NCBI GenBank assembly: GCA_964458565.1
Contig: CAYWJO010000006.1
Location: 32,001-96,000 of the forward strand
Direction: 5' to 3'
From: an uncultured archaeon
GTDB taxonomy: Archaea; Asgardarchaeota; Thorarchaeia; Thorarchaeales; Thorarchaeaceae
DNA: 64,000 bases
In this document: positions 19,943 to 30,367 of the stretch, piece by piece
Position numbering within the stretch: position 1 is the stretch's first letter
Layout of the letters: every line of letters starts with the position of its first letter
Position numbers and translations under genes: made by a program
Notes under the pieces: model-generated
Told to the model about the DNA's origin: nothing
The model's database searches: none
The model's input: only the letters and a program-made list of their open reading frames with translations

Positions 19943-20182
19943 ATGATTGAATACATTGTGATTGCAGGCGTTGTGATTTTTATTATTGCCATATTATTGA
20001 TTCCAAAGAGTGATAGACATAGCTATAATCCCAGAGATGCAAAGCAAGCAGAAGCAATGACTTCTATGGTTTTCCTTGAGAATGACATGGACAGAGCTAT
20101 TGAGTATGAACACAGATTCTCTGGCTCACGGACTGGAATGGTTCTAAATCGTCGAGGATATCGTGTAAGAAAGCGTAGGTGA
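19943..20182 (+). CDS. small single-TM protein with basic tail
   Basis: AGGA RBS, N-terminal hydrophobic helix. Confidence 0.6.
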   Translation: MIEYIVIAGVVIFIIAILLIPKSDRHSYNPRDAKQAEAMTSMVFLENDMDRAIEYEHRFSGSRTGMVLNRRGYRVRKRR

Positions 20183-20187
20183 GTCTT

Positions 20188-20418
20188 TCAGATACCCACA
20201 CAGGTTTCGGTTCTAATGACTCCATCTATATCGTGAATATTGTTTACAAATTTGCGAAAATCGCCTCTTGATGGTAAATCCGCGTAAACAATCACGTCAT
20301 ATGGACCTGTCACGATATGCACTTTATCGACATACTCAATCTTCTTCGCTGCAATGTATACAGACTCTGCCATCTTGGCTTGGATTTGTATCAAGACTAT
20401 TGCTACTACCATCTCCAT
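20188..20418 (-). CDS. Lrp/AsnC ligand-binding (RAM) domain-only protein
   Basis: VHIVTGPYDVIV...IDGVIRTET. Confidence 0.88.
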   Translation of the reverse strand: MEMVVAIVLIQIQAKMAESVYIAAKKIEYVDKVHIVTGPYDVIVYADLPSRGDFRKFVNNIHDIDGVIRTETCVGI

Positions 20419-20666
20419 ATCTCCAAAATTATTTCTGTTAGATATTATACCTATAGCCTGAAAAATCTACTTACTCGAAAGAAATGCAGATTTGAGTGAA
20501 AAACCCATCATGCAAATGTAGAAGATACGAATTGTATATTACACAGATAATGAAATTGCAATTGAGCTAGGTCAGAAAAGAAATTATACATCAGCAGATC
20601 TTGAAACATCAGGTTGGTTTGCCTTTACAAAGATTATGAACTATGTGGATGAAAGAGGACGTTGAT

Positions 20667-21107
20667 ATGATGAAGAAAGACCAAAGTCGTATCTATTGGG
20701 CAAATGCATTATTCTCTGAAGCTGATAGAAAGTTCAATGAGTCATGTGCAGAAATCCTTAGATCTGTTGGCTACTCCGTTTTTCTACCTCAAGAAACACC
20801 AATGACGTTTGATAAGCAACCAAAGAACAGCGAGATATTCGAAATAGATACTGAAGAGATTCGCGTCTGTGATGCCCTGATTGCCTGTATAGATCAATTC
20901 CCCATTGACAGTGGAGTAGCCTGTGAAATTGGTATAGCCTATGCATTGAAAAAAACCGTTATCGGACTCTATACTGATATCAGAAGCAAGAGAGAAGGTG
21001 AAGGCAGGATGTACAAAAACCAGTACGTGATGGGAGCTATCGAATCAGCAGGGGTGATTGTCGATACCATCGACCAGCTTCTGCAAGTCCTACCTAAATA
21101 TGTATGA
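20667..21107 (+). CDS. nucleoside 2-deoxyribosyltransferase / nucleotide N-glycosidase family
   Basis: IYWANALFS, VFLPQE, DSGVACEIGIAYAL. Confidence 0.88.
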   Translation: MMKKDQSRIYWANALFSEADRKFNESCAEILRSVGYSVFLPQETPMTFDKQPKNSEIFEIDTEEIRVCDALIACIDQFPIDSGVACEIGIAYALKKTVIGLYTDIRSKREGEGRMYKNQYVMGAIESAGVIVDTIDQLLQVLPKYV

Positions 21108-21120
21108 GTGGTTTGTGCCC

Positions 21121-24100
21121 TTAGAGAATCCGCTTTCTCTTCAATATTTCAACTACTGCAAAGAACCCTACAAATACAAGAGCCCATGTAGCGATTATAA
21201 TAATCCAGGAACCCATAACATAGGGAGGAAGTGGTGGGGGTGTTACAGGAGGACCAATGTTTGTTGGTGTGCTTTCAGTAGGACCACTTGAAGTAGGTTC
21301 TGTAGTTGGTTCGGTTGTTTCTCCGGTTGTAGTGATAATATCAGTGACTACTACATTGACGTAGTCAGATACCGAGTTTCCGCCAACATCTGAAATTAAA
21401 ATTGTGTAATTATAACTTCCAACTGAAAGACCATCAAGTGAAATTACGATTGAACCAGAAGACCATGTATCATTCTCAACCACCAAACCATCTCTGAAAA
21501 TCAGATACTCGGATGGATGCAAGTCTGAGGCAGACCAGCTGATTGATTCTCCTGTTTCACCAACTACAAATTCAACATCGGATGGACTGTCAAGAAGTGG
21601 TGCGGTTACATCGAGTACTGTTACCTTTACACTATCATAGGCAGTGTTGTTTACAATGTCATATACAATCAATACTATCTGATAGGTTGAAAGTGTCAGG
21701 CCATCAAGTGAAATCGATATTGGCTCATCACTGGAGTTCCAGACACCGGCCTTGACAAGGTTCCCATCTATGAATATCTCGTATCTAGAGGGATGTAAAT
21801 CATAAGGAATCCATTCGATATCATCGCCTATCTCTCCCTCTCCAACAGAGAAATCATCAATTGCATCAATTGTTGGGGATGTACCATCGTAAATTGTGAC
21901 CTGAACAAGGTCAGTAGCATTGTTACCACTCTCGTCAAAGACAATCAATGAGAAATTATATTCTCCTAAAATCAATGTGTGCAGAGGAATTACTATACTC
22001 TCGGAACTTGAATTCCAGAGTCCGGATTTTATTACGATTCCATCCTGAAAGACAGTATAATTGTACGGATGCAAATCGTAGGGAGTCCAAACGATTTCAG
22101 ATCCAAGTGTGCCTTCAGCGACGGAGGGTTCTGCAATCGAGTCGATAATTGGAGCAATTGCATCCAATACCGTGACCAGGACCGTATCGTTACCAGAATT
22201 CATCCCTATATCATATACGACCAAGGTGTAATTATACGACCCCGCAGAGAGGCCTGTGATTGAGATACTGATTGATTCAGCACTTGAGTTCCATGCTCCA
22301 AACTTGACAATGATACCATCCTTCAGGATTTCGTAAGATATTGGATGTAGGTCAGTAGGATTCCATGTGATTGAACCACCTGGATCGCCTTCATTGTACT
22401 CAACGTCTGGTTGGTCATCTACAACAGGATGTGTACCATCAAGAACTGTGACATTCACTGAATCTGTTACTGTATTGCCATGATCGTCAATGGCCCAAAA
22501 TGTGTAGTTGTACACCCCATAAGCAAGTCCACTAACAGACACAGAGAATGACTGTGCATTCGAATTCCAATTGCCAGAACGAATCTGGGTTCCATCTCGA
22601 TAGATTCGGTAGGAATTCGGATACTTATCGTAAGGCTGCCAAGTAAGGGACCCTGCAGACTCACCTTCATTATAGAATACATCAGCAGGACTATTTACTG
22701 TTGGAGCTGTTCCATCATATGTGGTGACCAAGACATAATCGTCCGCAGTATTGCCATCCTCATCGTAGACGACAAGTCTGTATGTACGTGTTCCCAAGTT
22801 AAATCCATCAAGTGAAATCGAGATTGTTTCTGATGGGTCATTCCAAAGCCCAAATTGCACAGGAGTTCCATCACGATATATTGTATAGTTCTTAGGATTC
22901 AAATCCAAAGGATGCCAGACAAGTAGATTTCCAACAGAATCTTCGATGATAAATTGATCAGAAGGATGATCAACATAAGGTAGGTCTGTGTCAAAAACTG
23001 TTACAAATACTGTGTCGAATGCAGTAGTTCCTCCTACATCAGTAACAGCTAATATGAAGTTGTGTAAAGCAATTGGTAATCCACTCACATCAAAGAATAT
23101 GTTCTCGCCACTACTATTCCATAAACCAGATTTTACTGATGAACCATTTGCCAATATGCTATAACTAACTGGATGGAGATCAAATGCAGACCATGTAATA
23201 TTAAAGCCAGCTCCTTGACCCACAGCATAGTAGGAATCATCCGGGTGAGTTGTTGTTGGAGCGGTTCCATCAAACACAGTCACAATGACCGTATCAGTGT
23301 CACTTAGCCCAGTTTCGTCATAAACAACGATTGTGAAGTTCCAATCACCCAAAGTCAATCCATTCATAGATATCGAGATTGACTCTGTACTAGAATTCCA
23401 GAGTCCAGATTTTACTGCTAAATCCTCACGATAGATGACATAATTCGAGGGATGGAGGTCGAAAGGACTCCAGGACAACATAGTTCCAACACTACCCTCA
23501 ATCACTTCGAAGTCATCAGGACTATCGAGCACGGGTGCTGTATCATCATAGACTGTGACCATCACTGTGTCAGATGCAGTATTGTCGTTCGTATCGTACA
23601 CGATTATTGTAAAATTCCAAACACCTGTAGTAAGTCCATCTACTGAAACAACAATGGGACTCGCACTCCAAGTATTAGTATAAACTAGTTCTCCATTTCG
23701 GAGGACCTCATAGGATGAAGGATAGAGATCAAATGGGTTCCATGAGATTGAATTTGATGAGGTGTCTTCAGCATAGGAGAAATCACCGGGGCTGTCAATG
23801 GTTGGAGGTGTGATATCATTCACATGAACAAATACTGTATCAAGCACTGTGTTAGCATCTGTATCTGTAACTGAGATGGTATAATTATATGACCCTGGCG
23901 AAAGGCCATCCACGGAGACATTGATTGTTTCGTCACTTGCATTCCATGAGTTAGATTTAATCACAACACCTTCAAAATAGACAACATAGCTTTCTGGAGA
24001 AGCATCATAGGGGGTCCAAGTTATCGAATTACCAGTTTCACCCTCATCATAGATGATATCGGCGGGATGATCGATAGTCGGAGAATCGCCGTCAGCGACG

Positions 24101-24831
24101 GTAATCACGACAGTGTCTGAGTTGGAGTTATCAGCATCATCCCAGACTGTCAACACAATATTGTGAACACCAATTGTAAGAGTATCAAGCATGACGGTAA
24201 TAGAAGAGCCAGACCATGGTCCGCTTCTCATGAGAGCACTGTTGTCTGTAATTTCATATCGATTCGGATTCTCGTCATAAGGATTCCATGTTATACTCTC
24301 AGTAGGGTCGCCAAGAGCAATTAGCTTGTCAGGGGGGCTGTCTATTGTAGGTGGTGTGCTATCACCGGATAAAACCTCGACTGCCACATCCAAGCTTGTT
24401 GCCAAATCATCTGCAGCCGCCACCCAGATTCTGATAGTGAATGAGCCTGTTGAGAGCGGAGTGAATTCAAACGACGCAGTGATTGCATTTAGACTCGAGT
24501 TCGTATCACCGGTACCTTGATCTTGTATCTCACTTGCTGTGAAGGAAAATTCATCGTTGTCAGCCCAACCAGCCTGAAGACTGATTGCGTAGAGGGTATC
24601 ACCGTCTAAATATCCTGTAGAATACACCTCAAGGGTAAAGGGGATATCAATTGTTGCTGCGATTGTCCCACCTGCATCTGAAGTCAATGTCAGGACACCG
24701 GATGTATTATGACATCCACCACATTCTGCTGTATATCCAAGTCTTGCTAGCGAGAGTGACGCAAGTCCAAGAACAGAAATTGCGATTATGCCTGCTAGTG
24801 CTATCAATGTAATCCGCTGAATCCTTTGCAT
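21121..24831 (-). CDS. surface protein: signal peptide, CxxCH domain, 11 tandem Ig-like repeats, P/T linker, C-terminal TM
   Basis: ECGGCHN near N-terminus; repeats DxTxPxxDxPxD...ITWxPxDLHP...GxYNYT...DxVxVTV; TM + KRKR. Confidence 0.85.
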   Translation of the reverse strand: MQRIQRITLIALAGIIAISVLGLASLSLARLGYTAECGGCHNTSGVLTLTSDAGGTIAATIDIPFTLEVYSTGYLDGDTLYAISLQAGWADNDEFSFTASEIQDQGTGDTNSSLNAITASFEFTPLSTGSFTIRIWVAAADDLATSLDVAVEVLSGDSTPPTIDSPPDKLIALGDPTESITWNPYDENPNRYEITDNSALMRSGPWSGSSITVMLDTLTIGVHNIVLTVWDDADNSNSDTVVITVADGDSPTIDHPADIIYDEGETGNSITWTPYDASPESYVVYFEGVVIKSNSWNASDETINVSVDGLSPGSYNYTISVTDTDANTVLDTVFVHVNDITPPTIDSPGDFSYAEDTSSNSISWNPFDLYPSSYEVLRNGELVYTNTWSASPIVVSVDGLTTGVWNFTIIVYDTNDNTASDTVMVTVYDDTAPVLDSPDDFEVIEGSVGTMLSWSPFDLHPSNYVIYREDLAVKSGLWNSSTESISISMNGLTLGDWNFTIVVYDETGLSDTDTVIVTVFDGTAPTTTHPDDSYYAVGQGAGFNITWSAFDLHPVSYSILANGSSVKSGLWNSSGENIFFDVSGLPIALHNFILAVTDVGGTTAFDTVFVTVFDTDLPYVDHPSDQFIIEDSVGNLLVWHPLDLNPKNYTIYRDGTPVQFGLWNDPSETISISLDGFNLGTRTYRLVVYDEDGNTADDYVLVTTYDGTAPTVNSPADVFYNEGESAGSLTWQPYDKYPNSYRIYRDGTQIRSGNWNSNAQSFSVSVSGLAYGVYNYTFWAIDDHGNTVTDSVNVTVLDGTHPVVDDQPDVEYNEGDPGGSITWNPTDLHPISYEILKDGIIVKFGAWNSSAESISISITGLSAGSYNYTLVVYDIGMNSGNDTVLVTVLDAIAPIIDSIAEPSVAEGTLGSEIVWTPYDLHPYNYTVFQDGIVIKSGLWNSSSESIVIPLHTLILGEYNFSLIVFDESGNNATDLVQVTIYDGTSPTIDAIDDFSVGEGEIGDDIEWIPYDLHPSRYEIFIDGNLVKAGVWNSSDEPISISLDGLTLSTYQIVLIVYDIVNNTAYDSVKVTVLDVTAPLLDSPSDVEFVVGETGESISWSASDLHPSEYLIFRDGLVVENDTWSSGSIVISLDGLSVGSYNYTILISDVGGNSVSDYVNVVVTDIITTTGETTEPTTEPTSSGPTESTPTNIGPPVTPPPLPPYVMGSWIIIIATWALVFVGFFAVVEILKRKRIL

Positions 24832-25050
24832 AGTTCTATCCCACTGGAATGATGCGTTAGCCAATTTGGTAATTATATAAAGATTGTTTGAGATGCTTTT
24901 AAGAATTAGAAAAGGATATTCGGTTACAATTTGTAATCAATCAGTATTAAAAATTAAAAACGTGTGAAGCACAAAAATAATAATTTGCGAAGACTAGTTT
25001 AAATAGCTCTCTTGTACTATACAAACTATTCCATTATTGGAGATAAGAAA

Positions 25051-25269
25051 ATGGGTAAGGGTGCTGCCATCCTAGGATTGATTCTCATCATTGTGGGAAT
25101 TCTGCCTATCATATTAGATATGATAGGGCCCGGCTTTGAAATGATCACAGACTACTTCTATATGCTCAACATCTACACCTTAGAACTCGGAGGATTCTTC
25201 TTCTCCGAAATCATGTTGATTCTTATAGTATTAGGCGTGATCCTACTCATTGTTGGTGCCGTTAGTTAG
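25051..25269 (+). CDS. small 2-TM membrane protein
   Basis: GGAG RBS, two hydrophobic helices. Confidence 0.7.
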   Translation: MGKGAAILGLILIIVGILPIILDMIGPGFEMITDYFYMLNIYTLELGGFFFSEIMLILIVLGVILLIVGAVS

Positions 25270-25341
25270 GCATTACTAGGAAAAAAAAAAACATGGGAAC
25301 ATAATCATATAGAGGATTCTATATTTCCCGTAGGGAAGATT

Positions 25342-26178
25342 ATGATGGCAAATTCAGTAGTAATCCTAGAAAACACGGGGAGCATCATCGATATTCTTAG
25401 AAAGGGCATTGAGATGATAGGAGGATTCAATCTCCATACCGGACCTGTATTGATAAAGCCCAATATTTGTACGGTCTCTGATAATACCGGACATTCTGTT
25501 ACAGATGTAAGGGTTGTTGAAGCTGTGATTGATTTGCTTCTTGAAGAAGATAAGTCATTATCAATAAGGGTCGTAGAATCTGACAGCGAGAGTAAGTATG
25601 CAGATGAAGCATTCGATAAATTTGGCTATACTAATATGACTACTTCAAAGCGCGATATTGGATATGATGTGAATGTTGTGAATCTCAGTAAATCGCAACT
25701 GAGAAAGGTGGAGTTTGAAGGGCTTTATTTCAATAGACCTGAATTACCCGCTGAAATTACTAATCATTCGTACTATATATCGATTGCAATCCCAAAAACA
25801 CATTATCTCACTCATATAACTGGAACTCTAAAGAATCAGTTTGGTCTACTCCCCAGAAAAGCACAGGGAACATATCACTCAGATATCCAAGAGATTATTA
25901 TTGATCTCAATCAATTGGTAAAACCAGATCTATGCATATTCGATGCAAGGGTTGGTGTGGAGAGATGGAATGGACCTAAGACTCATCAGATGGACCTTTT
26001 CGTTGTGGGGAGAAATGCGGCATCCACAGATGCGATTATGGCACGATTAATGGGATTCAATCCAGAGGAAATCGATCATATCAGAAAGGCAAGTAAGCAA
26101 GGTGTTGGGAACATAAATCCTGAAGTTCTAGGTAAAGCAATTGAAGATGTGTGCGTCCTGTTCAAATCACCCAAATAG
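25342..26178 (+). CDS. DUF362 domain protein
   Basis: VLIKPN, PKTH, TGTLKNQFG, DAIMARLMGFNP. Confidence 0.88.
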   Translation: MMANSVVILENTGSIIDILRKGIEMIGGFNLHTGPVLIKPNICTVSDNTGHSVTDVRVVEAVIDLLLEEDKSLSIRVVESDSESKYADEAFDKFGYTNMTTSKRDIGYDVNVVNLSKSQLRKVEFEGLYFNRPELPAEITNHSYYISIAIPKTHYLTHITGTLKNQFGLLPRKAQGTYHSDIQEIIIDLNQLVKPDLCIFDARVGVERWNGPKTHQMDLFVVGRNAASTDAIMARLMGFNPEEIDHIRKASKQGVGNINPEVLGKAIEDVCVLFKSPK

Positions 26179-26261
26179 ACGCACTATAATACGAGTTTAC
26201 TATTGTGAATAGATTTATATAGTAATTATATTATTATTTCTGTTAATATAATAATAATTAG

Positions 26262-26519
26262 GTGATGTCGTTGTCGATAGAAGGGGATTTCACCCAACTA
26301 AGAAAGATTCACAACCTGACAAAGAGTCAAGCAGCAATACTAAGGATCTTGCAGAATAAAGGAGAGAAAGGAATCACTCCAAAGCAACTAGTCGATGATG
26401 TATCTTTTGCACCACGAACAGTGCGATATGCTCTACGAACCTTACTCAAAAAGAGATTGATTAGAAGAATACCATGTCTCTTGGATATGAGACAATATAT
26501 TTACCTCCCCCTAGAGTAA
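26262..26519 (+). CDS. small winged-helix (MarR-like) regulator
   Basis: ITPKQL...APRTVRYALRTL...DMRQYIY. Confidence 0.82.
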   Translation: MMSLSIEGDFTQLRKIHNLTKSQAAILRILQNKGEKGITPKQLVDDVSFAPRTVRYALRTLLKKRLIRRIPCLLDMRQYIYLPLE

Positions 26520-26575
26520 AACGAAAATAATTCTATTCTCAATGAGTTTTTTTTATGCTCATCCAAACAAATTGG

Positions 26576-27040
26576 TTACTCCAGTTGGAGAAAGTCAGAG
26601 AGCCCTACTCTAACACAGACAGTTTCACCCATTGCAGTTTTGATACCATCTGAATACAAATCACAACTAACACGAATCCGATTCTCACTCTTTTCCTCAA
26701 CTCGAGCACGCAATGTTATGGGTTTGTCCAATGGAGTTGGTTTCAGAAATTTTACAGAAAGAGAGCTGGTAACATACATGAAGTGATCCACATCGCTCAA
26801 TTCATGGTGTGCTGCTGCATTCGCTGTACCTGTAGTATGACAGTCAATCAATGTTGCGATGATGCCTCCATTAAGAATACCAGGAAAGGCTAGATGATGT
26901 TCTTTTGGAGTCCAAATAGCAACTGTCTCCTCACCATCCCAGTAACTTTTCAGTTGGAGACCATGCTCATTATTCCTACCACAACCCCAACAGAAAGTCG
27001 CTTGCTCAGGCCATTGATCTTGAATGGTTTCATTATTCAT
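26576..27040 (-). CDS. PaaI-family thioesterase
   Basis: CWGCGRNNEHGL, GILNGGIIATLIDCH, VKFLKPTP. Confidence 0.88.
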   Translation of the reverse strand: MNNETIQDQWPEQATFCWGCGRNNEHGLQLKSYWDGEETVAIWTPKEHHLAFPGILNGGIIATLIDCHTTGTANAAAHHELSDVDHFMYVTSSLSVKFLKPTPLDKPITLRARVEEKSENRIRVSCDLYSDGIKTAMGETVCVRVGLSDFLQLE

Positions 27041-27189
27041 CGCGGTCACTTCCACCATGGATGATACTCCGGTCTATCAACTTGATGGTATGTTCGTTAT
27101 AATTGATTCAACTTAATAATGTTAGAAGAGATATAATGAATGATTTAAGACGGTGTTCGACGTTTATTCGCATAGCGGGGGTTGATAAC

Positions 27190-28140
27190 ATGGAGTATCA
27201 CAAATATACAATCAATGATGTCGACAAGAGTGCGATAGCGCTTATTCTACTTGAACAAAGGAAATCACAAGGCGATTGGGAAGATGTATCGCCTTCACGT
27301 GTAGAAGAGGTTATTCAGCAAAACTTCGAGGGAACAGAAGATGTCTTCATATGTGCAGAGTCAGGTTCGGAACTATTAGGCTTCTCAGTGATACATTTCG
27401 ATAGTGACAAATCTGCACAATTGAATCCTTGGTTCCTAGGAGGAGTACCAGTAGTAACATCAAATGAGAGAGATGATATGATACATACAGGTCTCTTTGA
27501 TCACGTAATGGAGCACATCCGGAGTACAAATGTGAATCGTGTTGAAATATTCTTTACACCTGAGAAGCATGAGGGCTCTCTAATAACTATACTCAGCAAG
27601 TATGGATTCAAACTAGTTGAGGAAATTGTCCATCTACGGGAAGCCATTTCTGAATTAAAATTGAAGGCTGATAAGATATCACCAGATATTGATGTTAAGC
27701 CACTGTTCGCAATAGACCGCGAAGAGTTATACTCGACCTGGCACAATACATTTCTTGATGGTGAAGACAGGAGTTTTCTTGATAGGAATGAGGAACAGAG
27801 AAGAGAATTTTTTGATGACCTATTTGATGAATCGGAATCTTATGTTGAAGATGCAACTATAGCAATAGTCCAAGACTCTGTGATTGCAGGATTCATTATC
27901 ATTAGGCTGACACACGGAGAGAATAATGGTCATGTATGGCTGGTAGGAATTAACTCAGACTATAGGAGAAAGGGGTATGCCAAAATGTTGCTTGCTCAAG
28001 GGAAGAAGACATTGACAAATCTCGGCATGAACACAATGAGTGTCAACGTTGATTATAATAACAAACCAGCATACAAACTATACACGTCTCTGGGATTCAA
28101 AGAGGAATGGCGACAAATTTGCTATGGTTGGGAGAGGTAG
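27190..28140 (+). CDS. tandem GNAT N-acetyltransferase
   Basis: VGINSDYRRKGYA, NKPAYKLYTSLGF; duplicated fold. Confidence 0.85.
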   Translation: MEYHKYTINDVDKSAIALILLEQRKSQGDWEDVSPSRVEEVIQQNFEGTEDVFICAESGSELLGFSVIHFDSDKSAQLNPWFLGGVPVVTSNERDDMIHTGLFDHVMEHIRSTNVNRVEIFFTPEKHEGSLITILSKYGFKLVEEIVHLREAISELKLKADKISPDIDVKPLFAIDREELYSTWHNTFLDGEDRSFLDRNEEQRREFFDDLFDESESYVEDATIAIVQDSVIAGFIIIRLTHGENNGHVWLVGINSDYRRKGYAKMLLAQGKKTLTNLGMNTMSVNVDYNNKPAYKLYTSLGFKEEWRQICYGWER

Positions 28141-28310
28141 GATGTTGAATTTATATGTCAACATGAAAAAATCTCTAACGCAGAGCCGCTAATAGTAATA
28201 AATAATATAAAATAATATCTACAATTCACTTATATTATCATATTCCTTTGTATTATTGTGCCGAGATGGTTAGCTCAATCTCATACTCCGATAGCATAGA
28301 AAGACGGACT

Positions 28311-28697
28311 ATGATGGCGAGAAGTAAACATCAAGAAGCGGGGACACATGCTATGGGAAGCCACATGTCAGAAACCAATCCAGCAGAGTCATCGTTTAGT
28401 AGTTGTTCCAATCAGTGTGGGAAATCCAGCTGTGTGACATTCTACGGAGGCGAACAATGTTTCTTCTGTGAACCAACCAAGGGGATGTTAAGGGACATGC
28501 TCTCTCAGTTCCAAATCCCGTTCACATGTGTTCTTCAAGTTGATGTGGATGAGGAAGAAACTATAACAAAAGAAGAGAGTATACTTGCATTACCGACAAT
28601 CAAAATATGTGGAGAAACGATTGTAGGACTACCGGATGAGGGGACTATCCGGGATGCAGTTGTTCGTGCATTAATGAATGAATGTTTCTGCATCTGA
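28311..28697 (+). CDS. thioredoxin/glutaredoxin-fold protein with Cys-rich extensions
   Basis: CFFC active-site motif, VDVD, ILALPTI cis-Pro loop. Confidence 0.75.
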   Translation: MMARSKHQEAGTHAMGSHMSETNPAESSFSSCSNQCGKSSCVTFYGGEQCFFCEPTKGMLRDMLSQFQIPFTCVLQVDVDEEETITKEESILALPTIKICGETIVGLPDEGTIRDAVVRALMNECFCI

Positions 28698-28818
28698 GAT
28701 TTGATATATATACATGAGGCTCATTTTTACCACATGTTATCCAGAATCATCTTTTTGAAACAGATGACTCTATGATAATGTCTTTAGACAGATTTGCACA
28801 TCCTGAAGTTGATCAAAG

Positions 28819-29655
28819 ATGGAACCATGGGAGAGAGAGAAACTCATTATTGCGAGGACAAATGAACCGATAACAAGAAACAGAATAATCACCGATCTGA
28901 AGACTCTTGGTGTTGAACCAGGAGATACCCTCTTTGTCCATTCGTCAATGAGCAAGATTGGCTGGATAATTGGAGATGTAGTCACACTCATACAAGCACT
29001 CATGGAAGCTGTAGGAGAAAATGGTACTCTGATGATGCCAGGAGAGTCGTCGGGAAATGGAGAACCATCTCATTGGCAATATCCAGCAGTTCCAGAAACT
29101 TGGTGGGAAATAATTCGTCAGGAAATTCCATCATATGACCCAAGAATAACACCAACGAGAAGAGTAGGAAAAGTACCAGAAGCCTTTCGCTCGTTTCCAG
29201 GGGTGCTGAGAAGCTCCCACCCACAAATTTCATTTCAGGCGTGGGGAAGATATACTGAATATCTAGTGCAAGATCATCCATTGGAAAACCCACTTGGGGA
29301 AGAGAGCCCTTTAGGCAGACTGTATGAACTAGATGGAAAAATCTTGCTTCTTGGTGTGAATCATGACTCCAATACATCAATTCATCTTGCAGAAGATAAA
29401 GCAAGGATTCCAGGATTCCCGACTAGAAGAAAAGGCGCTGTAATATTGGAAGATGGAGATCGAGTGTGGAAGACATGGACCGAACTTGATTACGACTCCG
29501 ACGACTTCATTCTGGTTGGAGAAGCATATGAGGCAACCTTGACCTACAATCGAGGATATATTGGTCAAGCGGAGTCAAGGCTTTTCAATATGCGGAGTAT
29601 TGTGGATTTCGCTATAGGATGGATGCGAAAAAACCGACATTATGATACGTCATAG
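28819..29655 (+). CDS. AAC(3)/YokD-family N-acetyltransferase
   Basis: LFVHSSMSKIG, RSSHPQISF, SPLGRLYELDGKILLLGV, NTSIHLAE. Confidence 0.9.
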   Translation: MEPWEREKLIIARTNEPITRNRIITDLKTLGVEPGDTLFVHSSMSKIGWIIGDVVTLIQALMEAVGENGTLMMPGESSGNGEPSHWQYPAVPETWWEIIRQEIPSYDPRITPTRRVGKVPEAFRSFPGVLRSSHPQISFQAWGRYTEYLVQDHPLENPLGEESPLGRLYELDGKILLLGVNHDSNTSIHLAEDKARIPGFPTRRKGAVILEDGDRVWKTWTELDYDSDDFILVGEAYEATLTYNRGYIGQAESRLFNMRSIVDFAIGWMRKNRHYDTS

Positions 29656-29702
29656 AAGAACCATTTCGAAGAGGTCTTAAGCAAATTTTCAATAGTTAAT
29701 TT

Positions 29703-30098
29703 ATGACTGAAGAAATTAAGAAGTCCGAACAGGAATGGAAACTATCTTTATCCTCGGAGCAGTTTAAAATATTAAGACAGTGCGGAACAGAACCTCCATT
29801 CTCAGGCAAATATGTCAATCACAAAGATGACGGGACATACGTATGTGCTGGTTGTGGTAATGAGTTATTCTCATCTGATACTAAATTTGAATCTGGCAGT
29901 GGTTGGCCTAGTTTCTGGGAGAAAATGTCAGAGGACAGTATTGAATTCAAAGAAGACAAAAGCTACGGGATGAGAAGAACTGAGGTGGTATGCAAGAAAT
30001 GTGGAGGACATCTAGGTCATGTTTTTGATGATGGTCCAAACCCGACAGGGCTGAGATATTGTATCAATTCCATGTCGCTTGATTTCAAACCACTGTAA
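29703..30098 (+). CDS. msrB: peptide-methionine (R)-S-oxide reductase
   Basis: [33 protein letters not shown]. Confidence 0.97.
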   Translation: MTEEIKKSEQEWKLSLSSEQFKILRQCGTEPPFSGKYVNHKDDGTYVCAGCGNELFSSDTKFESGSGWPSFWEKMSEDSIEFKEDKSYGMRRTEVVCKKCGGHLGHVFDDGPNPTGLRYCINSMSLDFKPL

Positions 30099-30141
30099 TT
30101 GCATTCTAGATTACATGTGATAGGTAAAGGCAAAACCGAAC

Positions 30142-30357
30142 CTATGAATTGCTTAATTTGGACCTCAAAGCTTGGATGAAGTTCGCACGATCCTGCGCAA
30201 TTATGGTCTTAACCAATTTCCAAGCTTTGGAGCAGTTCTTGTATTCAACACCCACGATCTCATGAATTGCTGTATCGATTTCGAGTTTGTTTTCTTTTGT
30301 GATTTCGATTCCAATTTCTGCAAAGAAATCATCTAAGTGTCTGAAGTAGCAGGTCAT
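30142..30357 (-). CDS. small conserved protein, MTCYFR...YKNC family (paralog of 19551-19775)
   Basis: Similarity to first copy. Confidence 0.8.
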   Translation of the reverse strand: MTCYFRHLDDFFAEIGIEITKENKLEIDTAIHEIVGVEYKNCSKAWKLVKTIIAQDRANFIQALRSKLSNS

Positions 30358-30367
30358 TATTCAATCC

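Noticed and set aside
20462-20665. Frame with in-frame TAG (20519) ending 1 nt before the NDT start; possible pyrrolysine or gene remnant
   Set aside because: No start codon, no recognisable family and no support for recoding
21300-24370. Tandem repeats as a CRISPR array or DNA repeat element
   Set aside because: Repeats are diverged protein-level Ig modules with no identical DNA direct repeats or spacers
28262-28330. GGTTAGCTCAATC resembles a tRNA 5' half
   Set aside because: No D-loop GG, no TTCGA T-loop and no acceptor stem
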